Positions 1 to 18,087 of a stretch of DNA of 64,000 nucleotides are shown here, one piece after another (the first letter of the stretch is position 1; each line of letters begins with the position of its first letter). A program made the translations under genes and the position numbers. This DNA comes from the human T2T-CHM13v2.0 reference genome, Homo sapiens. The notes under the pieces are model-generated. The model saw only the letters and a program-made list of their open reading frames with translations. It was not told the DNA's origin and ran no database searches. The stretch lies in NCBI RefSeq assembly GCF_009914755.1, contig NC_060940.1, one strand, 5' to 3'.

Positions 1-2720
1 CTCTCAAAGTGAAAAAATATGTCTCACACTAAGTATAAGAACTCAGAATAGCATTTGACCTCTCAACAGCAACTCCAAAAGCAACTGTGTCTCACAAAAA
101 TTCTAAAAGAAAAATGAAAGGAGACTAAAGACATTTTCAAATGTGCAAGATCTCAAAAAAAATTACCTCCAATGTACCATTTCTCAGGAAGCTATGAGAT
201 ATGACAAAACTGAAAGCTTAAAGCAAGGAAGAGGAAGACAGGATACAAAAATTAGGCGATCCAACACAAAGGATTGGTGACAGGAATTCACAGGATGGTG
301 CTGAAGGAAGTCCCAGGTTGATGACTCTGCAACATGCTTGGAAAACAAGCAGTCCATAGTGAAGCACAATGATAGAAGGTTCCAGGAGAAATGTCTATGA
401 GAAAATAAATATCATTGAGAAATTATCTGTAGCTTTTAATTACATTTCACAACTTGGCAAAGAATGTGAGGCTGAATTGGTAATACATATTAATATATAG
501 AAAATAAAATGAGAAATACAAAACAATTACCAAATCCAGGAAAAACAAAAGGTTGAACATGCAAGATAATGTTTACATAGCACACAAAAAAAGATACAGT
601 TGTATATGTTTCTGTCATCAGGATAATAACAACTCTGGTTATTGACTTAACCAAACATGACATCTCTATAATGAGAGGACAGAAGGAATAGAACTGTGTG
701 TGTGGTTGTGAGAGGGGAAAGACATAAGAAAATTAAAACTCATCAACACTAATAGGAAGTCCATTGATAATGTCTAAAAATGAAAAAAATCACTCAATGC
801 AGTATTTTTTCATTCTAAAATATCCAAGAAAATAACAGAGAAAACACCAAAAATTTTGAAAGTAATTGCCACCAGGGAATAGGACTTAGGACTAAGGGCA
901 CCTGCAATATTATGTATCACAGGCCTTGTAATATTCTGCATTCATTACATGATATTATATACTTTGATTAAAATAAAATGTAAATTTAAAACAATAAAAC
1001 CAAATGATGGGATGATCAAAGAAATTCCAAACAGATAGAAAACAAAATAAAGCAAGAGTAGCAATATTAATCACAAAAAAAGAAAAATAAATTTAAGTAC
1101 TAAATAAAAAGGAAAATTATGTAATCAAAAGTTGAATTTTTTTAATGATTCAACATTTAATGATTCAACATTTATAGACCTGCGTGCATCAAACATATGG
1201 GAGGTAAATATACAAAGAAAAAAGTTTAACGCGAAGGTCATTTACAATCCAATTACAGGGACTTCCACTTTTAACAAAGATGGAGTAACAAGAACTAGAT
1301 ATACCCTCCTGCCAGAAACAAATAAATAATGGTCAAAATATACGAAAAACTGGACATTTGGCAGTGGAAAATGGTGATCCCTAGCAGATACAAAATGAAT
1401 AAAATGAACCCTAAGATTACCTCAGCTTACAGCCTTGAGAAAATTTCTAGGCCATGGCACAGGAAGGGGAAACTGAGCCAGCACCCAGAAAATGCCCTGA
1501 TGAGGAGACATAGAGCTCTATGTACAGTGAAAACATCTTTGAAAAACAAAAGTAAATAAAGACTTCCAGATATATAAAAGCTGGAAGAATGTATTACCTG
1601 TAAGACCTGCACTATAAGAAATGTTAAAAGAAGGCCTTCAGAAAAAAGGAAAATAATACCAGATGGAAACATGGATCTATATAAAGGAATGAAGATTACC
1701 AGAAATGATAACACATGGATAAATATGTAGATTTCTTCTTATTATTTAAATCTCTTTAAAAGATACTTGACTGTTTAAATAAAAATAACTACAATATAGT
1801 AAGGATTTGTAACATATGTAAAAGTTAAACATGACAATAGTAGCACAAGGGTCAGGGAGGGAGAAATGGAATATGCTGCTGAAGATTGTTAGACTACTCA
1901 TGAAATGATTTTATGTCACTTGAAAGTAAAGTAAACTGTGATAAATCAAAGATGTACCAAAATTAAAATGTGATCAATTAAAGATGTAAAAAAGCAAACC
2001 AGAGTTAACAGCTACTGAACCAAAAAAGATAAAATGGAATTACTAAAAAGGTTCAATTAATCCAAAAGGAATAAGAAGAAGAAAAAATAAAGAAAAATGG
2101 AACAAATACAAAACAAATAGCTAGATGATAGATTTAGGCCTAACCAAATAAATAATCACATTAAGTACAAATGGTCTAAATCCCCCAATTAAAAAGCAAA
2201 GGTTGTCAGATTGAAGATAAAACCAAGACTTAACTATATTCTGCCTACAAAAACATACTTTAAATACAGTCACATATAAGTTAAAAATAAAAGGATGAAA
2301 AAAGATATACCATGCTAACACTAATCAAAACAAAGCTGGAGTGATAGTATTATTATCAGACAAAGCAGATTACAGAGTAAAGAATATCACAGCTCTATGG
2401 GGATCAAATTGTCAATACAACATAATAATCCCAAACTGTTATGCACCTAATAGCACAGTGTTAGAGTATTTGAAGCAAAATTCAGAGAAAAATAAACAGA
2501 AAATGAGTAAGATATAGAAGAGTTGAACAACATCACCAACCAACACATCCTAATTGACTCCACTCAACAATAGCAAAATACACATTGTGCACCTGTGGTC
2601 TAAGATAGACCATTTTCTGGGTCTATGTTGTTTTATTGAGATAGGACAAATCTCAATAAAGTTAAAAGGATTTAAGTCATACAAAATATGTTCTCTGATC
2701 ACAATGAAAAGAAACACACA
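1..2720 (+). mobile_element. Old L1 (L1M-type) fragments, ORF1 to ORF2 endonuclease region
   Basis: A-rich degenerate L1 sequence, e.g. aatggtctaaatcccccaattaaaaagcaaagg...gatataccatgctaacactaatcaaaacaaagctggagtg (start of ORF2). Confidence 0.8.
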
Positions 2721-3573
2721 AAAATAGGATGGTTGTGGTTAGTTGTAACAGTAAGTTCTACGCAACTTAGTCTGACATAGGCCCAAGTGTAAATTAGCAG
2801 TGAGTATTGTACAATGTTGCACCTGGTATATATGACAGACTAATATTTTCCCCCCAACTCCCAATTTCTAAAGATCACTCTTGCCCTCAACCCCCTGACT
2901 CTTCAAGCTTACAACTGGGTTTTTCTTAGGGTTGTTCCTCTTTGAAGGAAAGGAAGGCATTTCTTTCACGTGCTAGTTGGCTCTCCTCATAGTTCAATCT
3001 TTTCTACAGTGTATTTTGCAAAAACCTCTCCGAGTTCCTGAACGTCAGTAGCATTGTAGCCTAGTTTCTAATATTGGCTTACCTTTTTCTCTAATTTTAT
3101 ATTCCGTTGGTTATTTCAATGAGCAGTTAAAAGGAATTGTTAAATGCATATGCTCAAATAATTTCCTTAAATCATAACCCACATGTCCTTTCTAATAAAG
3201 GTTTTTTTAAATTTCAAAGCATACAGAAATATAGAATTTCACAAACGTTTCTTGCCTCTTGAAACTGCATATTTAGTTTTTTCTCTAATTACCTCCAAAC
3301 ATCTAGCTAAAGTAAAAAGGCTTCCATATATATGTTTTTTCTGAGACAGAGATATATATATCAGAATAAAAAATCCACACAATTAATATGCATATTATTC
3401 CTGCATTACCTTCATAAAAATGGAACTGAAGGATTTTCAGAATCATAATATTGTCTGGGAAGCTGAAAAGTAAAGAAGGAGACTTGGGGAAAGGAGAGAA
3501 AAAAAGGATAAAATTAATGACAGACCAAATAGCTAAAGTCCTTGTTCAATCATAGCCATAAAATGTGTGCAAG

Positions 3574-3594
3574 CGCACACACACACACACACAC
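3574..3594. repeat. (CA)n microsatellite
   Basis: Direct reading. Confidence 0.9.
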
Positions 3595-4411
3595 AGAGCC
3601 TACTTCTTTATTAAAATGCATAAAGCAGCCAGAAGCAGGAGCACCAATAAATTCTTCTGTATAAGCAGAATTTTTTAATGGTTCCCTGAACACTAATAAC
3701 CACTGCTCTCTTACGTGTACTTGACTCTGTTTAACCTTTTTCTGTTGCTTTTTAACTTCTCTAAGTCGGGTACTAATATGGAACTAATGTGGGGTTTATT
3801 TTCCCTATAGGAATAGCAAAAAGAGCAGTGCACATTATCGTAATCATACGAGTCCTTCTAGCAATGGTAGGACTTTAGATCAAAGCCTATGCATTATAGC
3901 CCAGGAAAAGAATTTAATAACAATTGCAAAGCTAAGCAATCTTGTTTTTAACCATCAGATATTTTACTGAATATTAGTCATGGAAAAAAATACTCTTCGC
4001 AAGCAAGTGACCCAGCAGGAGAGAATATGGACATCCTTTCCGTCCTAGTTAAGTTGCCGTTTGCCTCAGCAGCAACGATACCCATGTAATGACCGACTAT
4101 CACAGCCTGACATTGATGAAGGATGGCTAGAAATGTGAACCCGTTTTATCTTTGGAAGATGAATTTTTGAGATGGTTTTCACTGCTGGAAATAATACAAT
4201 ATAAGTGGATGGGGCAGGAACAATGTCACATTTCTAGCCCTATCAAGCATGTGCCTCAATATTCCAGGTTCCTTGTGAGTTGCTAATTTGAAATGTATTA
4301 AAACATATCCCAGACTCAGCATTTCTGCCTGACCACTTCATCTTCATTTAAAGTTTTTGTGTATATGTGTGTATGTGTGTGTGTGTTTATGACTTTTCTC
4401 TCACAAGATAC

Positions 4412-4595
4412 CTCGGAGATGCAGCAAACACTTCCACAGTGGAAATGAACAAGATGCATCAAGATTTTTTCCCCCTGACTTTTAGCTGCTGGATACTTTT
4501 CAATTCTTTTATTTTTCAGATAACAGAGGTCACCCAGCATCCTGACACTACAGTAGTTGTGTTCCAGCTGCATTAATCCATTTCCAGCTGAGCTT
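4412..4595 (-). other. Candidate exon (184 nt; alternative donor at 4405) of the same minus-strand gene
   Basis: Long pyrimidine-rich upstream tract and acceptor ttcctctttctgcAG|AAGCTCAG. Donor CCGAG|GTatct, or CTT|GTgaga 7 nt further. Lies in about 2.8 kb largely free of interspersed repeats. One frame is fully open. Confidence 0.6.
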
Positions 4596-5585
4596 CTGCA
4601 GAAAGAGGAATTCATTTGACACCAGCAGGGAGAAGACAAGGGAAAAATTAAGACAGAATGAATAAATATATAATTTAACAAAAGAGAATAACAAGAACGA
4701 AGTAAAGGAATACATGTGGGTATGTGTGTATCTATGTAAAAATGGAGAGCCATGAGTGAAATTGTATACCAAAGGAAGCAACGTATATTCTTAAAAAGGA
4801 AAAAAAAAAGACATGAGAATGCATTGGTCTTCCGTGAAATGTAGCTACTGTAAGGTTTTTATCTCGGTCCACTTTAAATACCACCTTGAAATAAGAATTG
4901 GGTTCACACTTCTCTCAGCTGAATAAAGACATGCCTACTGAGCAGTCCATAGCAATAAAATCAGTGGTTTCCAATATCAACCCAGTATTTTCATCAAAGC
5001 TGTAGTTAGACATGGCTGAGTCAATGCAGTTTTAAACCATCACTCTGACACCCTAAATATGTTCAACATATTTGGAAATGCAGAATGTTTGCACCCATAA
5101 TTATTTTCAGGCACAAGACCACATATAGAAATGAACTTGGGTAATGTCTATTTCTTTTATCTAAGCTTAGCTAGGAATACTAAAATACCCTGTCCTAAGA
5201 CACATATCTGCAGAAGGAAAAGTTGAAGCACACTTCCTTTTGATTTGTGAGATAACTAAAATACAAGTTAACTAAAATGACTGGAATAAGCAGATATACC
5301 TGGTAAATAAATGCTGAAATACTGCTAGAGTAGTTTTGAAAATATGGCCCTAAAGAGATTATTTACAACATGACATCCAAGAAAGAACTTGTAATGCAGC
5401 ATTTATAATGATGCAATAAAAAAAGATGCAGGTATCTGGCTAATTAGCCAATATGCTTTTAACTTGCATTTCTCATTTCCTTAAATCATATTTATACAGT
5501 GAAAACTTACATCAAAGCCATATATTTATTTTATGAATAAGTTCCCTCTCACCTTCAAAACTGGAGAATTAATGTTTTCTGCAAC

Positions 5586-6221
5586 TTTTTAAGTTCTGGG
5601 ATACATGTGCAGAATGTGCAGGTTTGTTACATAGGTATACATGTGCCATGGTGGTTTGCTGCACCTACCAGCCTGTCATCTAGGTTTTAAGCCCCGCGTG
5701 CATTAAGTATTTGTCCTAATACTCTGCCTCCCCCTCCCCACACCTCCTGACAGGCCATGGTGTATGATGTGCCCCTCCCTGTGTCCATGTATTCTCATTG
5801 TTCAACTCACTTATGAATGGGAACATGTGGTGGTTGGTTTTCTGTTTCTGTGTTAGTTTGCTGAGGATGATGGTTTCCAGCTTCATCCATGTCCCTGCAA
5901 AGGACATGAACTCATTCTTTTTTATGGCTGCATAGTATTCCATGGTGTATATGTGCCACATTTTCTTTATCCAGTCTATCATTGATGGGCATTTGGGTTG
6001 GTTCCCGGTCTTTGCTATTGTAAATAGTGCTACAATAAACATACGCGTGTATGTGTCTTTATGGTAGAATGATTTATAACTCTTTGGGTATATACCCAGT
6101 AACGGTATTGCTGGGTCAAATGGTATTTCTGATTCTAGATCCTTGAGGAATCACCATGCTGTCTTCCACAATGGTTGAACTAATTTACACTCCCACCAAC
6201 AGTGTAAAAGCATTCCTATTT
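5586..6221 (-). mobile_element. L1PA 3' end, 5'-truncated (L1PA8-10-like)
   Basis: ORF 5716-6042 matches the L1 ORF2 C-terminus (MFIVALFTIAKT..WIKKMWHIYTMEYYAAIKK). L1PA 3'UTR present. Degenerate flanking repeat ggagaattaat/ggataattaat. Confidence 0.95.
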
Positions 6222-6464
6222 GGATAATTAATTTCTATGACCTCTCCTTTCTCTCATTCCCTAAAGAGAGCAATGGCAGAAAATAAAAGATAGCAACCTG
6301 AAGTGTGCAGACACTATATAATTATCTTGGTAACAATTGAGTTAATAGTTGTAAGTATAGTTCTAGGTTAACCTTAATTGGAATGATGGTAACATTTAAT
6401 TGAAACAATGGCCTCCATATGTGAGAACTCATCTATGTGCAAGGCACTGATTTTGATGTGATTT

Positions 6465-6600
6465 CATCATACCTAGTTTATAGATGAAGAAACTGAGGGT
6501 TGAAGAAATTAATGACTTTGTTAAGGTCACATGACCAGAAGTCAAGATTTGAATGGAGGCTAGTTAAATGTCAGAGCTGATCTTCTCGGCCACTACACTT
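6465..6600 (-). mobile_element. MIR fragment
   Basis: MIR core tttatagatgaagaaactgagg...aaggtcacatgacc. Confidence 0.75.
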
Positions 6601-6820
6601 ATGGCCTCCCTAATACTGACACATCCTCAGCTAAGGTACAGAAGTATATGATTCCTATTCACAGTGTTCCAATATTAATGTAAAACTGTAAATTCTTCTG
6701 TACGTCTGGGAGTCTGTGTTCATCTGAATCCCAAAGGCCGATGTGTTACAAATTCTAATTTAAAGGATCATATTTTCAGTTTGACCAATAATACCCCTAA
6801 GCATTGAGATTTTCACTTAC

Positions 6821-6856
6821 GTGTTATACCTGGAAAATAATCACCGACACCATCGG
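6821..6856 (-). other. Candidate mini-exon (36 nt; or 9-nt microexon 6829-6821, or 27-nt exon 6856-6830)
   Basis: Minus strand reads ttcttactgttgttcttcatttttgaAG ccgatggtgtcggtgattattttccAG gtataacac GTAAGT: two AG acceptors, a consensus GTAAGT donor and retained CpGs. Confidence 0.4.
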
Positions 6857-8352
6857 CTTCAAAAATGAAGAACAACAGTAAGAAATCTACGTAAGCCATT
6901 TTCTTAAAGGAAAATTTTTTTAAATTTTTTCTATTACTTAGTTGTGTACATTTTTTTGAAAATGCGAAACTCACAGCTCATTCTATGGCAATTCTGCATT
7001 CCTTCTTAAATGGCTAGCTTTTACAAAGGGCAGACAGGTTTCCAGCTCCACAGAGCAATAATACTGATAACAATACATTGTGTTTCTATGGAGCCTTTTC
7101 TCCAAGGAACTCCAAGTTATTGGATTAACTCCACCAGTTTCCCTTGCCAGCACACTTCCGAATATAATATTACTTTTTATTGCTGTGCATTATAAGGAGA
7201 GAAAAAAAATTTGAAGTGCAAATAGTATGCTGAAAAATCAACAAATATAAGTTATCCCTAATGCAAAAGCATTTCAGGAAAAATATACGTATTTTAACAC
7301 ATATTTAGGCCTATTATTAGAATTCTCTATTTTTCTTTACATTTAACTGAATTGTATTTCCATAACTAATGGTTACCCATAAAGTTTTAACTACTTGAAT
7401 GTTTGGTTAAATCATAAGGAAATAACCAATTTGGCATTTTTGTGCCTACCTTCATTATGAAATGGAATACTGAGAAATATTTCTGAATGTAGACAAGCAC
7501 TTTTCTCTTTCAATTCAATGGCATCTTAAGAAAATATCATTTAATTAAAAGACAAGAAAAAAAGACAACTATAGATTCTGGGGCAGCTAACCAACTGTTT
7601 TCTTGCTGTAAGCCAAGATTGTAACTATGAACTTAATAATTACGTGTTTGTTTCTACCACAAGTATCCCCATATCATACTGAAATACTCCAACTCTTTAA
7701 TTTGCCTACATTGTACTCATTCAAACACCACGACTGCCCACATATCATGAGAGTGAAAGCTATTTAAAGAATCAACCCCCAATTTTTTTTTTACTTCTTA
7801 GAAAATATTATAATTATGTGGACAACATGATGCTGACTGAGCCACATGGCTTCTTTCTTTCTTTCCAGAAATATCCAGGCAAGTAAGAAGCCAGACAGCC
7901 AGATGTGGAGTATTTACTTTTGTGATCTCATTGTTTATGACAGTCAAGTCAAACAGAAACTTTTCTGCGAATCAACCCCCGTTTCCCAGTTGCTTAGTTT
8001 GAATGCTCCTGTGGACATTTGCTGTAAATAGTTTGACCATATTTGTCACGTGTCTGGAACTCACTTCAGAAGCAAAATGGGAATATGCAGCATATGGGCA
8101 TAGAATTCACAGAAAGTTCTCTCGTGAGGGGAAAGATTAGAATTTCACGATCACAGCAGAGGAAGTTGTTAACTCAGCAATTCCAGACGGAGTGTCCTGC
8201 CAAGCAGTGGAGAGTGAACTGGGGGAGACGGGATACGGTCAGAAATTAAAACATGAGATGAGGGTGTCAAAAATTAAAAATTATAGTGATAAAGTAAAAG
8301 TTACAACAACGGCTAGATAGACTATATTTATATAGTTTACATATGCCTGTAA

Positions 8353-8717
<365 letters not shown>

Positions 8718-8847
8718 TAATCACATTATTTCATTTGTTCCCCATAAAATGAAGTTTCTAGAACAAAACAAGCTGATTTTGGAGATATAATATCCAACAG
8801 TTGCAAAAATTTATTCAGGGTTTCCCATGTGCCTAGAAATGTACTAA

Positions 8848-9190
<343 letters not shown>

Positions 9191-9688
9191 TGAAGAGAAA
9201 TAACAAATGTATTTAACCCCACTGGAAACAAGAAAAATAAATAAATAAATAATAAATTTAAAACCAATGGTATAGTTATTACTTTTATAATTAGAAAGAC
9301 AACTATACCCTAACAACAGATCAATTTCTAGATTTAGCAGACATGGCAACATCATGTATTAGTAACACAGATTTTAATATTCTCTTGAATTTTATTCTAA
9401 TGGAAATGAATGATAATAATTGCTCTACACATTGTTGTCAAAGCTTCCTTGTGACCAATGGTATAATACCAGTTTCACTGAATCCTGTTGCAAAGTACAA
9501 ATATTAGCTACCTATATAAAATTTGGAGAATTCAGCGAGATTCCACAATTTGGTTTTTATTCTTGCTTTCTAAAGTGTTATCAACATTGCCACAATTAAG
9601 AGGAACAACATTCCCTTGGACCTACTGGTATGCCCAATGAGAAGGGTACTAGTCAGAGGTGATGCCTTTCTTCAAGATCCAGTACACC

Positions 9689-9986
<298 letters not shown>

Positions 9987-10109
9987 CTCCAGCACACAAA
10001 AGAAAGTCCACAATTTTCAACAGTGTGAATCTCATTGTCATCTTATAAAGCTCTCTATTATCTCCTTGTGATGCAATTATGATGGTTTTTCAGAATGATT
10101 TTTGGGGGT

Positions 10110-10380
10110 AGGTTGTGTCTCCAAGGCTGGCCACAACATACCTTTTGCACTGTGACCTCACCATCTCTTTGTCAAAAGGTAGAGTCTACTTCACCTCTCT
10201 TTAAGTCTAGCCTTTCCTGGGACCTATTCTGATTACAGGACCAGTCTGACTGTGATGGATGTGACTTTGTATAACACCACAGGCTGGGCCTTAAGAGATC
10301 TGCAACTCTTGTCTCACCTCTGGAATGCCCCTTCTTAGAACGTACCTCCCATGCTGTTGGCAAGTGGACACAGCCCAACC
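10110..10380 (+). mobile_element. MLT1 (MaLR) LTR fragment
   Basis: tcaaaaggtagagtctacttcacctctctttaagtctag resembles MLT1G/H and the element at 40974. Confidence 0.55.
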
Positions 10381-10659
10381 CATCCTCAGAATATGCTCTT
10401 TCTACCTTCTTTCTTGCTAGAGATGGTTTTAAATAACTAGGACCACTTCAAATCCCAGTGGCTATAAGCTTTAATGCCTAAAGTAATTCTTCACAAATAA
10501 AAAATGTCAACTTCCTTAAAATGCTCAAAAGGCTATCTAGATTAAAAAGAGCCCACACATCTTTTTATTTGTTTGAAGGAAGCCAGAAGCCCTCTGCACT
10601 TAAAAACCTGGGTTTGAATTCCAACTCTGCCACTTTGAGTCTCTATTTTCTCACTTCTA

Positions 10660-11270
<611 letters not shown>

Positions 11271-11318
11271 AAATGAGAAAAATAATTGTGAGAATTCAAC
11301 ACAATCATATGTGACATC

Positions 11319-11665
11319 TTAGTCAACTTGAGCTACTGTAACAGAATACCATAGGCTGAGGGGCTTAAACAACATTTATTTCTTACAGTTCTGGAGGCTA
11401 GGAAGTCTAAGATCAGACAGCCAGCCTGGTCTGGTTCTTGGTGAAGACCCTCTTCCTGATTTGCAGACAGCCGTCTTCTTGCCGTGCCCTCACATGGCAG
11501 AGAGCACTGGTCTCTTCATCCTTTTCTATGAGTACCAATCCCATCCACCCTCATGACTCATCCAAATCCAATTACCTGCCAAAGGCTCACCTCCAAACAC
11601 CACCACAATGGGGAGTAGAGCCTCAACATACCAGTTTAGCTGGGATACGTTCAATCCACAGCATG
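11319..11665 (-). mobile_element. MLT1A/B-like LTR
   Basis: tcttagtcaacttgagctactgtaacagaataccataggctg...cttacagttctggaggctaggaagtctaagatc...tcaatccacagca. Confidence 0.85.
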
Positions 11666-11952
11666 TGGGAAAGGTCTTATAAATCCTAGGACCTGGAGCA
11701 AATGTGAGAAATTATTATTCAACAGGCCATTCTGCACACTGTAAGATGATAATTCCATACAGAAGTGGCTCTGGCTGGCTCTAGCTGGCTTTTCAGAAGC
11801 ATGAATGTGGGTTGTGACTTTCTCAGAACTAGGGCACCAAGTCCAAGTGCAGGAGACTCAACAGACACTGACCTTCATGTATGCATTCCACAAGCATTGA
11901 CTGAACATCTATGTTGTAGCTGGCACTCTCTCAACATGGAAATGCAACATGA

Positions 11953-12619
<667 letters not shown>

Positions 12620-12639
12620 GCTCTCTTAGAACTCTTATC

Positions 12640-13310
12640 TTCATGACTAGAGACACACTATCATACTAATAAGAGCTAAGAATAACTGAATCCAAGTAAG
12701 GAGACAGACAGTAACTAGGCCATTTTAGGAAAGGCCTCTCTGATAAGGTGACATATGTGTGGACATCTGAATGAAGTCAGGAGCAAACCACACATGTATG
12801 TGCAGGAAGATTTTCCAGGTGGTGGGAACGGCCTGTGCAAAAACCCTGAGGTGGGATCGTGCTCACTGTGCCCAAAGATTAGCAGGGAGGCAGGTGCAGC
12901 TGGGGTAGAAGCAGCCAAGGGAAGAGTGGAGAGATGAGAACAGAGATCTAGAGGTATCTAGACAGATTCCAGCCTGACGGACCATGGCAACAACACTAGA
13001 TTTTATTCTAAGTGAAAGGAGACAGCAAAGTAGGCTTTGAGCAGAGGAGAGGCACGGCGGATTTACCTTTCTAAGAGATGGCTGTGGCTGGCTGTAGAAC
13101 ACACTGGGGAAGGGAAGCAGGAGCAGGAACCTTGATAGAAGGCTATTGCAGCAGAGTCCAGGCAAGAGATGCTGCAGCCTGGACTTGGCTGTCGTAGTCA
13201 GGAGGTGAGGAGTAGCTGCCTCCTAGATCTATTTCAAAATCAGAACCAGAGGATTTGCCGATAATTGGGGTAGTGGGTGGGAAAAAAGAGAGGAGTCAAG
13301 AAAGAGGCAG
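12640..13310. mobile_element. L2 fragment
   Basis: ggaaaggcctctctgataaggtgacat...ggctattgcagcagagtccaggcaagagatg...gagaggagtcaag is typical of L2. Confidence 0.8.
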
Positions 13311-14367
13311 AAGTACACGGTTTCCGAGAAAATAAAAGGATAATTTGGGGGTTCGTTGTGTGAAACGATAACCCCAAAATAGGTATTTTCTTAGCACCAA
13401 GTTTCCAATGTCTTGGCTAAAAATAATAATAATAATTTAATGCCAGTAATCTTTTTAGAAACTATTTTACTGTCATATAAATGTACTAATTTGGGGAAAT
13501 ATTATGAGATGCATAAAAGCAACTCCAATTCTATTTGCTTTAGTTAAAGCTTTATAACTAAGCACAGCTGCAGACTGCCCAGGCATAATTATAGCTCCAC
13601 CTGGCAGGCAGGCCCCTGGGTTTGAAGCATAGCATTTCATTAATAAAATGAAAGAATGTGTGAAATTGTATTTTTAAACAGTTGAAATGAAAGGAAACCT
13701 CATAGGTGGCAGGCTGTCTTTGCTACGCCACAACCATGTGTTGAAACATCACGCGAACACTGCCTGTCTCACATCTCTTGCTAGCACGAGTGAGGCTGTC
13801 CTTACCATGGATGTTCAGACAATGCACTGGGCCTTCTGAATGCAGACACTCTCGTAATGTCACAGCATTCCAGGAAAGAAAAAGGCACAGCCCACAAGCA
13901 TCCTTATTGCACTCAGGTTCTGAAAATCTCTTTGTTTTCTTGAGACTACCAGGTTACCAAGGAGTAGCATTCAAAGAAAATGTGTACAACCGATAATAAC
14001 TATACTGGTCACTCTCCAGTAATTTCTCCTTTATTTATTCAACCAACTGTTTGCATTTCACTGTACCATTAATTATTGCATACATGAACTAGCAATCCAA
14101 CTCCCATAAGAAATGACACCTCCAATTCCTCCTTAGAGCTACCAACAAAATCCAAACCCTTTTTTACAAGAGCAAAAAATCTAAGTTTGTGCTCTGTGCA
14201 ATCTAATCCTTAATAAAGAGAAGAAAATTTAATTTTATATTGTTTCAAATTATCCAACTTACAGATGAGAATAATTAGATTTTCTACCTGGACCCTAATG
14301 TTATAAACCCAAATAACATTCCTTCAAAATAAACAAACCAAAATATATTTTTAGAAATAAAGGAATT

Positions 14368-14680
<313 letters not shown>

Positions 14681-14929
14681 CTAGAAGAGCAATTGTTTTT
14701 AACACAGCTCTCTTAAAATTCTACAGAATAAGTAAACAAAAATGAGTACTGTTTACGAATAATAATTAAAGAATTAATTCAATAACTCTATGGAATTATT
14801 GTCAACCTTTTATTAAAACCCTTTTAATTAATCTAATGATAATTTATAATAAAAATCATGCAGCCACATTCTTTGATCACAGGGCAATCAAATGAAGAAA
14901 TTAACAACAAATACAAATCAAAAAAACTA

Positions 14930-16620
<1,691 letters not shown>

Positions 16621-16719
16621 AAAGAAATGAGTAACAGTGAAAGTACCACATATCAAAATGAATGTCGCTTTGGCTTTCAGAGGAGGATGCCTTAAATTAA
16701 TTTTTTAAAAAATAAGATA

Positions 16720-17420
16720 TACCAGAATGGCTATTATTAAAAAGTCAAAAAATAATAGATGCTGTCGAGATTGTAGAGAAAATGGAATGTTTATACACTG
16801 TTGGTGGGAATGTAAATTAGTTCAACCATTGTGGAAGACAATGTGGCAAGTCCTCAAAGAGCTAAAAACAACCACTGTTCAACTCAGCAATCCCATCACT
16901 GGGTATACACCCAAAGGAATATAAATTGTTCTGTCACAAAGACATATGCATGCATATGTTAATTGCAGCACTATACACAATAGTAAAAACATGGAATCAA
17001 CCTAAATACCCATCAATGGTAGACTGGATAAGGAAAATGTGGTACATATACCCCATGGAATTCTATGCAGCCATAAAAAAGAACAAGATCCTGTCCTTTG
17101 CAGGAACATGGGTGGAGCTGGAGACCATCATCCTTAGCAAACTAAAGCAGGAACAGAAAACCAAATGCTGTATGTTCTCACACATAAATGGGAGCTAAAT
17201 GATGAGAACACATGGACACAAAGAGGGAATCAACAGACACTGGGGCCTACCTGACAGTGGAGGGTGGGAGGAGGGAGATGATCAGGAAAAATCACTATTG
17301 GGTACTAGGCTTAATCCCTGGGTGATGAAATAATCTGTGCAACAAATCCCCATGACATGCATTTGCCTATGTAGCAAACCTGCACATGTACCCCTGAACC
17401 TAAAAGTTAAAAAAAAATAA
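16720..17420 (+). mobile_element. L1PA/PB 3' end, 5'-truncated
   Basis: ORFs 16727-17198 match the ORF2 C-terminus (MAIIKKSKNNRC..., WNQPKYPSMVDWIRKMW). 3'UTR and A tail present. TSD-like aaaataag/aaataaag with atata. Confidence 0.95.
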
Positions 17421-17429
17421 AGACATATA

Positions 17430-17860
17430 ATAAAATAAACATACAACTCTAAAAGCTAGAAGTAAAACCAAAATTAGCCAAAATAAAGAAGGGAATAATT
17501 AATCAAGATAAAAGTAGAAATTAGTTTTTTAAAAAGCACACTTGAAAATAAACCCAAAATCTGTCATTTCAAAACACCAATAAAATAAATCTCTGCTAAG
17601 TATAATTAAGAAAATAAGAAATAAAACCGAAATAAACACGTTGAAATTGAAAAATTGGCCATACTCACAAATATGAAAGAAATTTTAAACATAAAAGAAT
17701 CAATAATATTAGGTTGCAATAAAACCAAACTCTAGATAAAATGGATGATTTTTAGGATAATAAGAATGATTCAACTTAACTCAAGGACATAAAACACAAA
17801 CCTACTAATAAGCACAAAATAAATAGAAAGGGTAGTTTAAGATCTAACCCCAAAAGTCAT
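17430..17860 (+). mobile_element. Old L1 ORF2 fragment
   Basis: A-rich; ctagataaaatggatgatttttagga resembles ORF2. Confidence 0.65.
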
Positions 17861-18087
17861 CAGTCTGTGTTATTTTACTCATTTATTCTTTCTTTTATTG
17901 ATTCAAAAATATAAATTGAAAACCAATATAACCAGGCACTATTCTTATTCTTATTCTTCTCAATTATGAGGATTCAAAAAGAAAAAAACCGTGCCCTCTT
18001 GGAATTTACATTCTAGTGATGATTGGGATGAAGGGGGAATACAGACAATAATAGCATAAATAGGCAAAATATATCATATGTTAGATG

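Noticed and set aside
1141-1174. 15-bp tandem duplication tttaatgattcaaca (similar 14-bp case at about 24122-24147)
   Set aside because: Ordinary slippage duplications.
5716-6042. 108-aa ORF (also 16727-17198 and 23408-23623)
   Set aside because: L1 ORF2 C-terminus or 3'UTR remnants of truncated copies.
7769-7980. 12-mer gaatcaaccccc occurring twice about 200 bp apart
   Set aside because: No extended homology; compatible with chance.
13800-13925. Possible minus-strand exon ending CATG|GTAAGG
   Set aside because: Good donor but only weak acceptors; insufficient support.
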